Shown piece after piece: positions 25,376 to 38,319 of a stretch of DNA of 64,000 nucleotides (its first letter is position 1; each line of letters starts with the position of its first letter). The stretch is taken from the NCBI RefSeq assembly GCF_003918875.1, contig NW_025767277.1, positions 124,001 through 188,000 on the forward strand, read 5' to 3'. This stretch comes from Haliotis rubra (lineage: Eukaryota). The position numbers were made by a program, and so were the translations under genes. A model generated the notes under the pieces. It searched no databases. It worked only from the letters and a program-made list of their open reading frames with translations, and was not told where the DNA came from.

Positions 25376-27379
25376 AGTGCCTGAATAAGTCCCAGCAAGT
25401 ACTCATCTCCTCACCCTCTATGTCTCCAGGGACAGCCTTGGCCAGTATGTGAAAGCAATGACCCACGGACCCGACACCTTCAGTGATCTAACCGGAACCT
25501 TTGTTGTAGCATGTTGAAACTGAGCTGTTCCAGTGTTACTGCACTAACCCAGGATTCACAACCGTGGTTCTTTCGATCGCAAATAACTCGCCATTCCTGT
25601 CATCAATAGTTACCAACCAGTCAAATGTAATGAAAAGCATATGGAGGCAGTTAGTTTGAGATTGTGAAAAGCATGGGAATGACACCTGGGGTTAATGTCT
25701 GTTTACCGCAACAAGAATTATGCTGAATGTGATATACCGGTCAGGCCACTGAAAGGTCGGCTCTAGACTAACACATCTAGTCTCTGAAATCAACTTACTT
25801 TACACAAAAAGGAAAAAATCCTAAGTTTTCTTAATAATATCTATAATGAAATGAAGCTCAGAGACTTGCATTGCTTGTATTGGGTATATTTATTTCTGAG
25901 TGTGTCTTATTAACACACGAGGTCGGCTCTTGTTTTCCCATGATTGCTTTGCCAAGAGTCACACGTTATTTTGTTACACAGACATTCAGTAATTAGTGTT
26001 GAATTTTATCTGTTTGAAAGAAAAAATATCGTCGAACCTTCTGTTGCGACATGCAGACGCCATGTTGTTTTCCAGCAGACAAAGCGAATACTGATCACGT
26101 GACAGGTACATAATGGTCATATGATCATGTGACCAAGCAAAAAGAGGTTAAGAGCAATCCCACTTTGGGTCAGCCTTCTAGTGATACGCCATCCTTGAAA
26201 TATAATTGTTTCATCACGTGTTCTGAATTTTTTATTCAACGAAATTCAGATTTTCTCAGCTGTGGTATTGCTGTGACACTAGCTCACATAACACAAGGAA
26301 GAAACCCAGTGAGATGTTTTTAGCTGGATGATTCATATCTACAAGGCCTGCATTCAGTGTCGTCTGATTTCAATAAACACGGCGGTATGTATTTCAGGAA
26401 AACTTTGTATAGTGTTATCAATATGTAAACAGCGTGCAAGTGAAATGTAGTATTATCTTTACCTTTGTTGACTGCATGTGTTGCAACGTGTTGTGATTGT
26501 AAACGGTTTCCTTGACAACGGTGGAGGCCAGACCGTGAGACTTAGTGTGACCAGGATTCTGAAGTTTGATAGGCTGTATATGGCTCAATATGTTTTTTGA
26601 CAGATTTGCTATGTTGATTCTGATAAGCAAGGCTACTTGCACAATGCTCTGATTAACGAGCCATCAACACCTCGAATGTTACTATAATACTTAAATATAC
26701 ATAATAGACTGAGAATGAAGTACCTTCTTACTGTAGGTGTTACACTGTCTGTAGGGGCAGCACACAGCATGTCTACCAAGCACTTGTTTCCGTCGCCCAT
26801 GAAGCCGTTTAAAAGGAAAGTGTCGGGGTTTTTTTGTTTTGTTAATGACTGGTTAAAAGCTGTCCTTGCGCAGCGGCCAGTTAAGAAAGAGTTGAGAAAA
26901 CAAAAGTGTTGTAGTTTTGTTGTTTCTTATTCAATTATACCAAGACGAAGAGTTTATTTTTTACACAACGGTCAGTAAAATTGCAGCGAAAGTGTCCCTC
27001 TTATTTCTGTTACGCCATTATTCAATATTGTAGCTGTAACACGTCATTTCTTGCCGATCTTGCTATCATTTAAATATTTTTCAGTTCCAAGAGATCCACG
27101 CGTACTTCAGCTCATGGATACAAGTTGAAGGGGATCCCACTTTCCTCTGTGGGTTATCTTAGAGGTGAACCCGTTTCTAGCATAGTTATGGTGAGATGTG
27201 ATAAACGATTAAGTGAACTATCTACCAAAACCCTTGATGACTGTTATTTAACTGTTCTACTTTCATGTAATTAACTTGGGTTGTACTGGATCTACAATAG
27301 ATCATTTTGTGTTCAGAGGCTAGGTTCACCAGTGTGCAGAAATTCACCAAATAAAAAATGACACGAATCGAATAACTAG

Positions 27380-27640
27380 ATGCAGATGGTATAAGATAAT
27401 ATATGTCCCGTATCTGTTGGCTACAGATGGAATAAGTTAATATATGTCCGGTATTTTCTGGATACAGATGTTATAAGAGAAATAGGTCTGGTATCTGTCT
27501 GTTGATACAGATGGGATAAGTTAATATATGTCGAGTATTGTCTGGATACAGATGTTATAAGAGAAATAGGTCTGGTATCTGTCTGTTGATACAGATGGGC
27601 TAAGATAATATATGTCGAGTATTGTCTGGATACAGATGTC
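27380..27640. repeat. Degenerate tandem repeat (84-bp duplication with about 40-bp subunits)
   Basis: CTGGATACAGATGTTATAAGAGAAATAGG occurs at 27458 and 27542. Confidence 0.75.
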
Positions 27641-28103
27641 ATATGTATGTATCTTATTTCTTGGCAATAGATTTTTTTATAAATGTCTTTCATAAGTCAG
27701 TAATAACCACTTGAAGTTGAATGTTTAGATATTGTTTCCGAGATGCCTATTCTTATGTACAGTTGATTTCTAATATATATACAGATTTAGTTCACCTTGT
27801 TTTGTATTATTTGTGAGTTGTTTGAGATGTGACAGGTCCGGTTGGGTTTTAACGTGGTCTGATGCTCATACTGTCATCCACTAGGATAAAGCAGTTACCA
27901 GGCTTGTCTCATGTAGTTGTGTATCGTGTGCATGGCCTGGTGTTCAGACTGTCGTCCACTATAGCAATACTATACCAGACATGTGTGACGAATATGAAAT
28001 CCGGTGTATCACGGAACACAAATACATAATCGGCAAGCGCTGAGGGAGGGGCGTCGTTTGGGTCTCGCTCGAATTTAAGTGGATGGACTTCTTAATGATG
28101 ACA

Positions 28104-28285
28104 ACCCGTGTCTTCAGTAACCCATGCTTGTCGTTAAAAGCGACTAACTGAATCGGGTGACTTGGTTGACACATGTCATCGTATTCCAATTAGATTGATG
28201 CTCATGCTCTTGATCACTAAATTGTCTGGTCCAGAAACGATTATTTACAGACCGCCACCATATAGCTGGAATATTGCTGAGTGCG
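28104..28285 (+). mobile_element. SINE family B copy
   Basis: Matches 16678-16905; a further 3' fragment lies at about 29200-29283. Confidence 0.8.
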
Positions 28286-28810
28286 AACAAACCAATCTGA
28301 ATGATAACAAAACGATAAATAAACAGCGTGTAATTTACGTCATAGGCACTTTCCTGTTTTGCTCAAAGGTCGGTGTGGTCTGTAATCAACAAATAGTTTC
28401 AATCTTTTAATCAATATCCGTCCCAAAATAATCCAACATTACATCCTGGGCGAACATACATCAGAAAGAGACACAGAAAGAAAGTTAGGAAATGTATTTA
28501 GGAACAGAGAAATGATATAAAACGGCACGGAAATATAACCGCCACACTATAACGTATCGTCGAGTTTTCTCCACATTCAGACCCTAAAAACAGTCACACA
28601 ATATACCATCTGAAAAGCCTACATCCGCTTCTGTGTGTACATTAACGATCGGTAAAAATATATTATACAAAAGACATTCATCTGAAGCCAATTAAACTGA
28701 CACAAAATCACTTCCACTGAACACAAAATGTTTTCCCAAAGCGATTTTATTTAACGAATCGACTGTTTCATGTAAACACATGTAACAACAACAACACCCC
28801 ACCCACCCTC

Positions 28811-28813
<3 letters not shown>

Positions 28814-28892
<79 letters not shown>
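28814..28892. repeat. (AC)n microsatellite
   Basis: Pure dinucleotide run; other (TG)n runs at about 31348-31388, 34282-34319 and 42105-42137. Confidence 0.97.
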
Positions 28893-28897
<5 letters not shown>

Positions 28898-30376
28898 AAA
28901 ATAAAATAGAAAAAACAAAACAAATCTCACTGTAAATGCCCTCTAAAGTATAAGGCCATATTTTTCTATAGTGTAAAGCCGACTAGCACACACAGGAAAA
29001 TAAACACCACCAACACCCAGAAGTAAAAATGAACAGAAACCGTAACTACATCAGCAACTACATCATCATATATACTAAAACCAGGATATCACATGGAAGG
29101 TAACAGTGTTGCGGGACTACTGGTACATGAAAATTTGGAAGTTGGAAATTGTTCAAACCATTTTCTTTGTAAACGGAACTCTTGAGATATAGGATTTCAA
29201 TTTGTCCAGACTCGATTATGTACTGACTGCCGCCATATAGCCGGAATATTGCTGAGTGCGGTGTAAAACTAAACTCACTCACTCTTCATCCAGTGTAAAT
29301 ATATAATATATTACTCTGGCATTTACTTTGTGCTTTTGGAACTGAATGGAACAGGTGGCGGCGATATTTGCGTGGATGTTCAGCCAAACGTCCTTCGTTC
29401 GCCGTCATGAACAGCTACATTTTGATATGTGATATGAGTTCATTCGACGCACTCTCCGCGTGCAAAGAGATTGAGCAAACCGGTTGTTTTGATCAAACTT
29501 GTTATTTACCAAAACTTTGTTCTTCGTCCGCCACATGCTTTGTACTTAGCTTCGGTCGACTCCCGCACATTTCACACATGACGTGACAGCCGACACATTG
29601 GCTGTACGTCTACAGCGGCCATGATACCCTGTCGTGGATGTACTACTTGAAGTGTGAAACCTGTCGAAATCTGGTCATCGACGGCTTCCAACCATCCCGT
29701 GTTAACTCTGGGACAGCCAGGTCCATTCTCTTACATAGAACGGATAAAAAGAATTGAACCCGGCGTGCCAGGAAAACACTACTTCACTTGGCCATCTCAT
29801 ATTTCATAAAAGAAAAGCTCTCTTCGTCAATAGACCCTACCACACAAAGTAAACGAAGGCAACAAGATACAGATGCTATCATCCCTACTGCTTAAGTTGG
29901 CGGTCGCTTAGTAAATATATTCAGCTACAGTTGAGTAGGATGATGTTTGCTGGTACTAGATTGTCACAGCACAGATCTAGAGGCTGGCAAGTCATGGTTA
30001 CAACAGAGTGCGGGAACCTGAACTGGGCGATGCTTATCGCCTGTTTCTAGTCATTGCACGAACATGCTTTGGAGCAGGAATGCGTTTAGCATCATTAGTA
30101 TACCATTAGTAATTAGTATACTTTATATAGATACGATAGCCGTGTCTTCTGTCTTATTTGGGCCGTTGCAAGGTAAAGAAAACCTAGAAAACCCTGACTG
30201 AATAGCTACGAAGTTGTGGATGCCGTTCGATGAAAACGATGCAGAGAATATGGAATGATGGGATCCACCGTCACCAGCTCTCCAGATCACGACATAAACT
30301 TGAGTTCATTATGTGATATGAATTTTACCATGCATACAAGTCTCAGTGTCTGAGGTCACTTGACATACTAGTCGGC

Positions 30377-31153
30377 CAGGGATTGTGAAAGGCAGGGGCC
30401 ATTGGCCATTTTGCACATTAGAATAAAAAATGGCCCAATAAAAGTTTGAAGTTTACTATTGATAAGGGTAGTGGACCATTCTAAATTCAGAAAATTGCTA
30501 ACAATTGTCAACGCGTGGTATATGCGTCGACTGGGGAATTAGCTCATGTTTAAGATGAAGGTTACTATACGTTGACAAGACGAAGGAATATACGTTGAGC
30601 TCAAACTTCTTTCTTTAGTTACATGACAAACAAATACACAAGAAATACAGGGGGTGAGCGGAGTACCTGCTCAACCCCCGGGCGTTTCCTACGTGCCGCA
30701 TTATCCCGCTCGTGGACGTCCCTACACAGAGTCGGAATACCAGACTCGTACTCCTTTACTGTCTAGATGTGAGCATACTAAGTATATTTACTGTTTATGA
30801 CAACAATGGACAGGCAACGACTCATCAATGGACAGACAGAAAAACAATAGCACTTCCTTGACCAATTGATGTGATGGCAGACACGGCCAAGGGGGATTAC
30901 CAATGAAGGTTATAAATGTCTTATACAATAATTAAAGGGCTGACAAGTCAACTTACAATGCGGTAGTGATAAGGATTACAGTCGTGATTAAGAATACAGG
31001 TTAGCGTCATATATATATTACAATAAAGTCTCACATGTCTTGACAACATAGTTTTGGACTTTTTGAATATTTGGACGATGGGTGTCCTGAATTAGTCACT
31101 AGAACACAATAATGAAAACGACCCATTGTCAAAGTAATCTATCCCAATCCCTG
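30377..31153 (+). mobile_element. hAT-like MITE, split by a solo LTR
   Basis: Termini CAGGGATTG...CAATCCCTG; the two halves join to match the reverse complement of the uninterrupted copy at 41038-41217; flanking GTCGGC is duplicated. Confidence 0.8.
30506..31106. mobile_element. Solo LTR (601 bp)
   Basis: TG...CA ends, 4-bp TSD CAAT (30502-30505 and 31107-31110), AATAAA at about 31022. Boundaries are defined by the empty-site MITE copy at 41038. Confidence 0.7.
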
Positions 31154-31343
31154 GTCGGCTTCACTCTATAGTAAAATATGGTCTTATAGTTTAGAGGGTT
31201 TTACAGTCAGTCGATCGAGTCGAACCTAGGTCGCTCTTCTTTACCTTTTGTGACGAGACAGTCCTGCTCAACTAATTGTGTATTCAGAGATGGACTGAAC
31301 CTAAGTATGTGTCAATATATATCCAACCTACTGTTGTGTTAAC

Positions 31344-31390
<47 letters not shown>

Positions 31391-31611
31391 GTTTACATGA
31401 AACGGTGGAACAATGATCATCTCCACTGTCGCGTGTTATAATGGGATGTTGGGTGTACTGCACGACATTTTGCTCAGTGAGGATTTAACTCTGGCGTTAA
31501 ATTATTACACTCATATGGCAACGAACATGAAACGTTGTATGTGTGTGCGCGTTTTTTTTTTCTACAAGTGTTTTGTTACGCCCCAGCATTAACTCATGAT
31601 GGTAGCAGCTC

Positions 31612-31708
31612 AGTGTGCCGTTGTCCAAAGCGATCTTAGGGCTAAGGTGATCGTAACTCCCATACCATAACACATACTTACGACTGGCGTAGCGCTAAGG
31701 ACCCCCTG
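31612..31708. mobile_element. Degenerate PIF/Harbinger-like MITE
   Basis: Same body as 46266-46373 (AAAGCGATC..GCTAAG..GATCGTAACTCCCATAC). Confidence 0.6.
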
Positions 31709-31945
31709 TGCATCAGAGCACGGAGGTGGATGGTTTAGATAGAATGATGCTCTATATGCGAGTAATGTAACATGTGTCTTCGTAACAGAGTCGAGATAAA
31801 GGCCATTTGAAAATCAACAATTTATCATGAGTAACAATTATGCTTTCACAAACAAACGATATGCTACATAATTACTTTATCATACATGATATATTATTAA
31901 TGTCGTGTTGAACGGTGACCAGCGTGATCAATAGATTCTATATAA

Positions 31946-32028
31946 GTGAGTGAGTGAGTGGGTGAGGTTACTTTTAGCAATATTCCAGCAATATCACGGC
32001 GGGAGACACCATAAATGGGCTTCACACA
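31946..32028 (-). mobile_element. SINE family A, 3' fragment
   Basis: (GAGT)n followed by TTTTAGCAATATTCCAGCAATATCACGGCGGG. Confidence 0.75.
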
Positions 32029-32389
32029 AGATCTTATATAAACAGAGTGCAAATACACTTCACCGATCCTTCAAAATCTAATTCTTATGTTAAATATGTA
32101 CATTCTGTCATCAAAGGTAAGGGCGAGAGAATTCTTGTAAACAGTTCAATTTTATGACAGATTATCAACATCTATATTCATATGTATCGTACATACAGTA
32201 GGAAGACTGTTTCTGTTGTGTGTAGGGGACAATGAGAGTTACAAAGACGCATTGTGCAGGTCGTATAAAGTACGATTTAAAAATATGTTGATGTGAAACC
32301 TCCTCACAACGAGAACAATGTCTCCATGAACCACGTCGATATGCTGTTGGACGTCGAGGACGTCAGTGTTGTACAAGTGGATGACCTCC

Positions 32390-32497
32390 CTACTGCTCGT
32401 GCTTGGTTTGTCTGAGGTCCATGATGAGGTCGAGAGCGAGGTCCTGCACGTCCTGGTTCTTGTCTGCCGTCAGTTGCTGCAGGAAGTGCTCTGGCAG
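32390..32497 (-). CDS. HSF2BP: HSF2BP/MEILB2, terminal coding exon (10)
   Basis: LPEHFLQQLTADKNQDVQDLALDLIMDLRQTKHEQ*, similar to the vertebrate C-terminus (LPLQRIL...ELLEDLR); phase-0 acceptor. Confidence 0.88.
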   Translation of the reverse strand: MPEHFLQQLTADKNQDVQDLALDLIMDLRQTKHEQ

Positions 32498-32969
32498 CTG
32501 TGGGTAGAAATGGACACCTTATTTTGCATATTCCTCCATATATGCATGGCCTGTACAATATAATAATAATCATCATACCTTGTGAACAAAAACAACAAAT
32601 TGTGTATCATCTTTCATCGGGATCCAGTGGCCATGGTCTTGTGTACAGAGTAACTTCCTGGAGGCCGCTGGCTTCATACCAAGAAGACAGGCTAGCACCA
32701 TAACCTCCATATCGAACGCACGCATGCACACAAGTACAATATAAGTACAACGTAAACTATAGGGACCGTTCATAATTTATGGCTAGATGAGGGGGAGGGG
32801 TGGAGGTGATGATTTTATGGAGAAGCATACACAATATGAATGCCCCCCCCCTCCCCCAAAAAAGAAAAAAAGAAAAACAAGAATGTACAATGTTAGCTAC
32901 CCTTCTCCCCACTCCTCCGCATGTCATGTACAATATCAACGACCCCTCCCCCTCCTTTTCTTTTAAGCA

Positions 32970-33076
32970 TCACACACGCACACGCACGCACGCACGCACA
33001 CACACACACACACGCGCGCGCGGGCGCACACACACACGCGCACACACACACACACGCACACGCACACGCGCGCACG
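32970..33076. repeat. Compound CA/CG microsatellite
   Basis: Directly visible. Confidence 0.9.
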
Positions 33077-33319
33077 CCGGCCATAAATTATGATCTCACC
33101 AACATGGGGAACAATATGACATCGGTCACTCAACTTAACCACTTTTTACCAGTGTAAATCTTCAAAAAAAACCTGAATCCATCTATTTCGTTTCGCATGG
33201 ATGTATACATATCTCAGTATATATGGAGTCTTCTCAAGCTGTCTCGGTTTGTATGGGAAGATGATTCATTCATTTAACAATGAAACCGGTCAGGCAATTC
33301 TGAGAGTCTTTCTACTCAC

Positions 33320-33420
33320 AGCCTCTGCCAGCTCGTGCAAGATGGCGTTGTTGTGTTCGTCTGACACCAGAGAGTGAACCACACGCAGCGTGTTTAGGCG
33401 GTTGTCACAGTCAGGCTCCT
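33320..33420 (-). CDS. HSF2BP: HSF2BP coding exon 9
   Basis: EPDCDNRLNTLRVVHSLV...ELAEA; phase 1 to 0; donor GTGAGT. Confidence 0.88.
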
Positions 33421-34027
33421 CTGAAAATATAAAGTGAGAGGGGGCCTATGCTCGCTTCAGTTGAGTTGATTTTTTATGTTGTTAAAATCCCTTTCCGGAA
33501 ACAACTCGCTGGTTCTGACAACCTGTTCTAGTTTTGACGCAATACTTTGGTGTTTCACTTTATCTGTTGAACTCGTATTGCAAAAAAATCACTAACTTGT
33601 TGTTTAAAGCCTCACTTAGCAATTTTCCAACTAAGTGGTTACCCCACCGCTCCTGTCAATTAATGATTACGAACAAATACTGCTTTCTAAAACATAATTC
33701 CCATTCCATCCCAAACAATACTTGCAAATTGCTTATTACGCATTGGTATATATTCTTCACTTCTCATCTCAAATTTAACTATGGTGTACTTGCGGTATGT
33801 TTTCTGAGTGCAAATGCGAGCTGTTTAATGGAACTGGGGTTTTTTTGGCTGAAATTGTAAAACTAGGAAAATCAGATGTAGTCTAGTGAACAATTTGCAG
33901 ACCTTTTAACGCCACCACTGAAATGAAAATGCCCTAAAATTACAGTTCATTATTTGCAGTACTTGTAAAAGATAAACGTTGTTACGAGGCCCAGGGAGGG
34001 GGTGAGTGAGGTGGGAGTTAAGATCAC

Positions 34028-34131
34028 CTTGTAGGTGCCAGGCGAGGAGCCCCATGATGCCTGGCTTGGAGCAGATGTACTTGAGCGCCCTCTGGTTGAT
34101 ACTCAGGTTGTATAGAGCCATCAGCAGCAGA
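34028..34131 (-). CDS. HSF2BP: HSF2BP coding exon 8 (armadillo region)
   Basis: LLLMALYNLSINQRALKYICSKPGIMGLLAWHLQ, similar to human LMLMSLYNVSINLKGLKYISESPG; phase 2 to 1. Confidence 0.92.
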
Positions 34132-34280
34132 CTGCAACAAGATGTGTTATGTTAGTTGGAGTCACGCTGTCCTTGGAGTAATACAGTAATACCCAGCATG
34201 GTCTGTGTTTATATATGTGTGTGTTCAGGAGTGTGTACATGTGTGTGCGTGCGCGTCCAAGAATGTGTGTATGTGCATGG

Positions 34281-34321
<41 letters not shown>

Positions 34322-35051
34322 CGTGCGCGCGCATCTACGTAGGGTTTAGGCATTGTACCCATTGTAGGGAATCGAACCAGGGTTTTGGTGCGACCAACGA
34401 ACTATTTAACCATAAGATTACCCTACAGCGCCACTGCAGTGACGATACACAAATCTACAGATCACTGCTTGTATACGTTTTGTTTCCATAAAATGACAAG
34501 TGTTTAGCTCGAGAATCAGACACTTTAAAATCCGGCCAAAAATTGTTGATTACCAATTGGTTCGGCTTTAAACGATATTGGTAATATTATTACTCCCACA
34601 TGCTGAAAATGAAGCGTCCAGTCTGAAAAGCCCTGCAAAGAAGTATATTCAAACTTTCTGGTGCTCACATCAATTCAAAGGTATAGGAAATTAGCGTGTT
34701 AAAGTTTGCAGTATACTCTGCAAGTTATAGGGAAATATGGTGTTTGTTGTCTATATGATAAACAATATTTAACATAGGTGATGGCGTTCTGTATATCGAG
34801 TCTGGACTAGACAATCCAGTGATATATTACTTGTGAGCATGCTACCATCATGGTCTTTGAACGCCCGATCCATCATATACGGTGCATCTTACAACCGGCA
34901 CATGTTACTGGCCGTTAAGGGACATAACTCTGCAACTCGTAGAACCATCCCGTGCCGCCAACGTCCAGACCAAACAGTATTTAAAGAACGGGTTGTTAAA
35001 GTTTTATAACATACAGTATGATTGGGAAACATCTAAACAAAATGTTCTTAC

Positions 35052-35175
35052 TTTTTGAGCCGGGCACTCTTTTTCAACGGGGCGTCGGCGAGGAAGTTCG
35101 TGAATGTGCCGACCAAGTGGCGTCCGCTGTCTCGCGAGATGAGGAAGTCTCGTCCGTATGCTGAGGCGGCAACAT
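35052..35175 (-). CDS. HSF2BP: HSF2BP coding exon 7
   Basis: NVAASAYGRDFLISR...SARLK, similar to human NVAAIACGREFLV; phase 1 to 2; donor GTAAGA. Confidence 0.92.
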
Positions 35176-35457
35176 CTGTCATTCATCATATATGGGAATA
35201 CCAATCACAATTGAAGGTAATCGTTAAATTATAGTAGTAAAACACCTCAAACCATAAATCTAAACTCTATCTGAAAGTCTCATCTAAATTCTGCGGGTCT
35301 GTTCGAACACTCGAACATTCTACTCCGTCAACTGTGTCTACTTTGACCTGCTACACAAAGACATGTTATGATATATAACTGGTACAACAATGAAGTGAGA
35401 ACACCTCACTAAGGGACTCTTGTTTAAAGTCGTACTTAGCAATATTCAAGCTACATG

Positions 35458-35610
35458 AGTGAGTGAGTGCAGAGAATCTGATTTTAGTAATATTCCAACA
35501 ATATCACGGCGGGGCACACCAGATATGGGCTTCACACATTGTACACATGTGGGGAATCGAAACGGGGTCTTCCGAGTGAAGGCTTAACCATTAGGCTACC
35601 TCACCGCCCC
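35458..35610 (-). mobile_element. SINE family A with TSD
   Basis: Flanked by a 13-bp TCAAGCTACATGA repeat. Confidence 0.85.
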
Positions 35611-36047
35611 TCAAGCTACATGACTGACGGATCCAAACCATCGGTTAATATCCGAACACCAGAAATGGGCTTCATACATTGTACCCATGTGATCTCGGTA
35701 ATGAACAACATCAATGAGACATTCATACCACAAAATAACACCACAACTGTGTTGAACATCGTATTCACAAAGTGAATACATGCATCAGTTGCTACATTAT
35801 ATGTGCAGTATCCTCAACGTTTGACTTGGAAACCTGTGGTTTAAATTACCGTTGGATGGTTCAGTAATCTGATGTAGTGGCTCATATAGAAATAGTTAAC
35901 CTTGAGAGGGTATAACGTGTATTTACCCACCGAACACCACGGAGTCATGTCAGTGGCTGAGATTGAGAGAACGTTCCGTGTGTACAGACCTTTTAGTGGC
36001 ATCCCAGATTCACAACGGATCTTAGGTATTATGGTTCTCCAACTTAC

Positions 36048-36180
36048 TGGTGATAATACCGACAAGAGCCAGGATGAAACCCGACTCGTCTGATTGGTCT
36101 TGGGGCCAGTCATCTTTGTATGCAGACACGTAGCTCTCCACGGTAGAGGTCACCAAATTTATGAAGTCGTCGATCTTTGT
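36048..36180 (-). CDS. HSF2BP: HSF2BP coding exon 6
   Basis: TKIDDFINLVTSTVESYV...SDESGFILALVGIIT, similar to human SDESQFVFALAGIVT; 133 nt, phase 0 to 1; donor GTAAGT. Confidence 0.92.
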
Positions 36181-36797
36181 CTGAAACAAATTTTGAATTT
36201 CCAGAACATATCAAAAGCTGTGAGCCTTATTTAACAGGACTATGTAGGACTAACCACCTTATTATGGAGGAGTGTCTTGGAGCTTTACCATCCAATTTCA
36301 GTCAACGTTTTGGCAAAACAGGACACCCGGTCAAGCAAGGAATGCACCCGATCCTCAAATTCTGGTACAGTTATAAACACAACTCTGTACACAATGGCAT
36401 TATTATCATTCTTACCGTTGGTTGAGCAAATGGTCTGTGCAAATGAACAAATTCCTTCACTACAAAATAACAGTTACTGATCGGTCATGTAAACAGGTTC
36501 TATATGTTTCCATATGAGTACAGATTGTGAAGTCAATGCCTCAGTGGCCCCAGCAAGATATAGCTAGAACTTCGGTAAAATCATTAGAACTCTTTTCAGA
36601 TCTAGTCTAGTTTAAAAACGGATTCCAGACACATGGGAACAACACGCAACGCACTATCCGAAACACACTATGTCTACAACGACCCCAAGAACAACACCAG
36701 ACTTACACATTTTAGCAGAATACATGACAATATTTTTCACATTTCCAGAACCCCGATTCACTCTAGCAATGGAACAAGGTGTTCGTTGTGACGTTAC

Positions 36798-36947
36798 CCC
36801 GCTGAGCAGTGTCTGTACAGTGTCCTGCGACCGTGACACCCTCCACAGTAATGTACAGCAGGACGATCCCAGGCTGGAGCTGTAGTCCGACTGCTGGCTG
36901 AGCTGCTCTGTCAGCTCCTGCAACTCACACCGGAGCTGTAGGTTACT
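36798..36947 (-). CDS. HSF2BP: HSF2BP coding exon 5
   Basis: LRCELQELTEQLSQQSDYSSSLGSSCCTLLWRVSRS, similar to human QQLLQQAEYCTEMGAAACTLLWGVSSS; 150 nt, phase 0 to 0. Confidence 0.93.
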
Positions 36948-36984
36948 CTGAAACAAACACAGCGGCACCAGCATCAGACGCAAT

Positions 36985-37270
36985 GCCTCCATTGAAATAT
37001 GACACCTGCATTAAGATGTTACAACTCCATTGATATGACACCTGCATTAATATGCACATCCATTGAAATGTGACGCCTACATTGAGATGTGACACCTCTA
37101 TTGAGATGTGACACCTCTATTGAGATGTGACATCTCCATTAAGGTATGACACCTGCATTGGTATGAAATTACTCTATTGAGGTTTGACACATGCATTGAG
37201 ATGCGACACCTCCATTGAGACGTGGCACTTGCATGGATACCTCCATTTGAATGTGACCTGTGTTGAGATG
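36985..37270. repeat. Degenerate 19-bp minisatellite
   Basis: Unit about ATTGAGATGTGACACCTCT. Confidence 0.8.
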
Positions 37271-37336
37271 CAACCCTGACCTGTAGTTATATGCCGTCCT
37301 TGTAGGATGCGAACTTGCCATTGCAACACAACACAC

Positions 37337-38163
37337 TATGTCGAAATTCGACACTTATATATATATTGAGATAGGACACCTGTAGTGGATGTGTAGACAA
37401 CTGCTGCAGTATGAAAGACTGACTCCAATTAGTATTGCCCAGGAATAGGAGCTACCTGTCCTGGTTGAGCTATAAACACCCTCAAAAACTACACAAGTAT
37501 TCATTTGCAGTGTTATTTCATCTCAAGTCATCTTCCAACTATATTTGCACATCTAAGGGGTGCTTAAAAGACACCGGAAGACAAACTAGAATCTTCTGTC
37601 CTTCGTTTAATATTCAACAAAAAGGACTGACTGACTGAGTTTGGTTTTACGCCGCTTTTAGCAATATTTCAGCAACATCACGGCGGGGGACACCAGAAAT
37701 GGGCTTCACACATTGTGCCCATGTGGGGATTCGAACCCGGGTCTTCGGCGTGACGAGCCAACGCTTTAACCATTAGGCTACCCCACCGCCCCTCAACAAA
37801 AAGGAGGGTTGAAATGGCGCGAGATAGGCACACTCACATCTCTATGTCGAAATTCGACACATATATATATTGAGATAGGACACCTGTAGTGGATGTGTAG
37901 ACAACTGCTGCAGTATGAAAGACTGACTCCAATTAGTATTGCCAAGGAATAGGTGCTACCTGTCCTGGTTGAGCTATAAACACCCTCATAAACTACACAA
38001 GTATTCATTTGCAGTGTTATTTCATCTCAAGTCATTCACGAAACTTCCAACTATATTTGCACATCGAAGGGGTGCTTAAAAGACACCGGAAGACAAACTA
38101 GAATCTTCTGATATTCAACAAAAAGGAGGGTTGAAATGGCGCGAGATAGGCACACTCACATCT
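37337..38163. repeat. About 320-bp tandem duplication in an HSF2BP intron
   Basis: CTATGTCGAAATTCGACAC...ACTAGAATCTTCTG is present twice, near-identical. Confidence 0.85.
37627..37792 (-). mobile_element. SINE family A, full length with TSD
   Basis: Complete family A sequence; TSD TCAACAAAA(A)GGA. Confidence 0.9.
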
Positions 38164-38215
38164 CCAGCAGTACCGCCCTAGATCATCTTTAAGGTCAACA
38201 ACAGCATGACAATAC

Positions 38216-38319
38216 CTCCTTCTCCTTCTGACATTCAGCAACTGCAGCCTCGAACCTGGACTTCCACTGCCCTATGTCTGCCTCAGCCACGGTATTCTGC
38301 TGTCTCAGTCGATCCACCT
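38216..38319 (-). CDS. HSF2BP: HSF2BP coding exon 4 (coiled coil)
   Basis: VDRLRQQNTVAEADIGQWKSRFEAAVAECQKEKE; 104 nt, phase 1 to 0, bridges the flanking exons in frame. Confidence 0.88.

Larger units (their letters stand above)
28928..31208. mobile_element. Non-autonomous inverted-repeat element with CACTG-type terminus (CMC/EnSpm-like, tentative)
   Basis: About 55-bp inverted repeats at 28928-28983 (CACTGTAAATGCCCTCTAAAGTATAAGGCCATA...) and 31154-31208; no coding capacity recognised. Confidence 0.55.

Noticed and set aside
23911-25466. ORFs up to 433 aa with VTQVDRR repeats
   Set aside because: Minisatellite-derived, with mixed 20/21-bp units and no splice or domain support.
29300-29590. 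Possible THAP-like remnant inside the inverted-repeat element
   Set aside because: Only a vague HLFHSVPK resemblance; the C2CH signature was not found.
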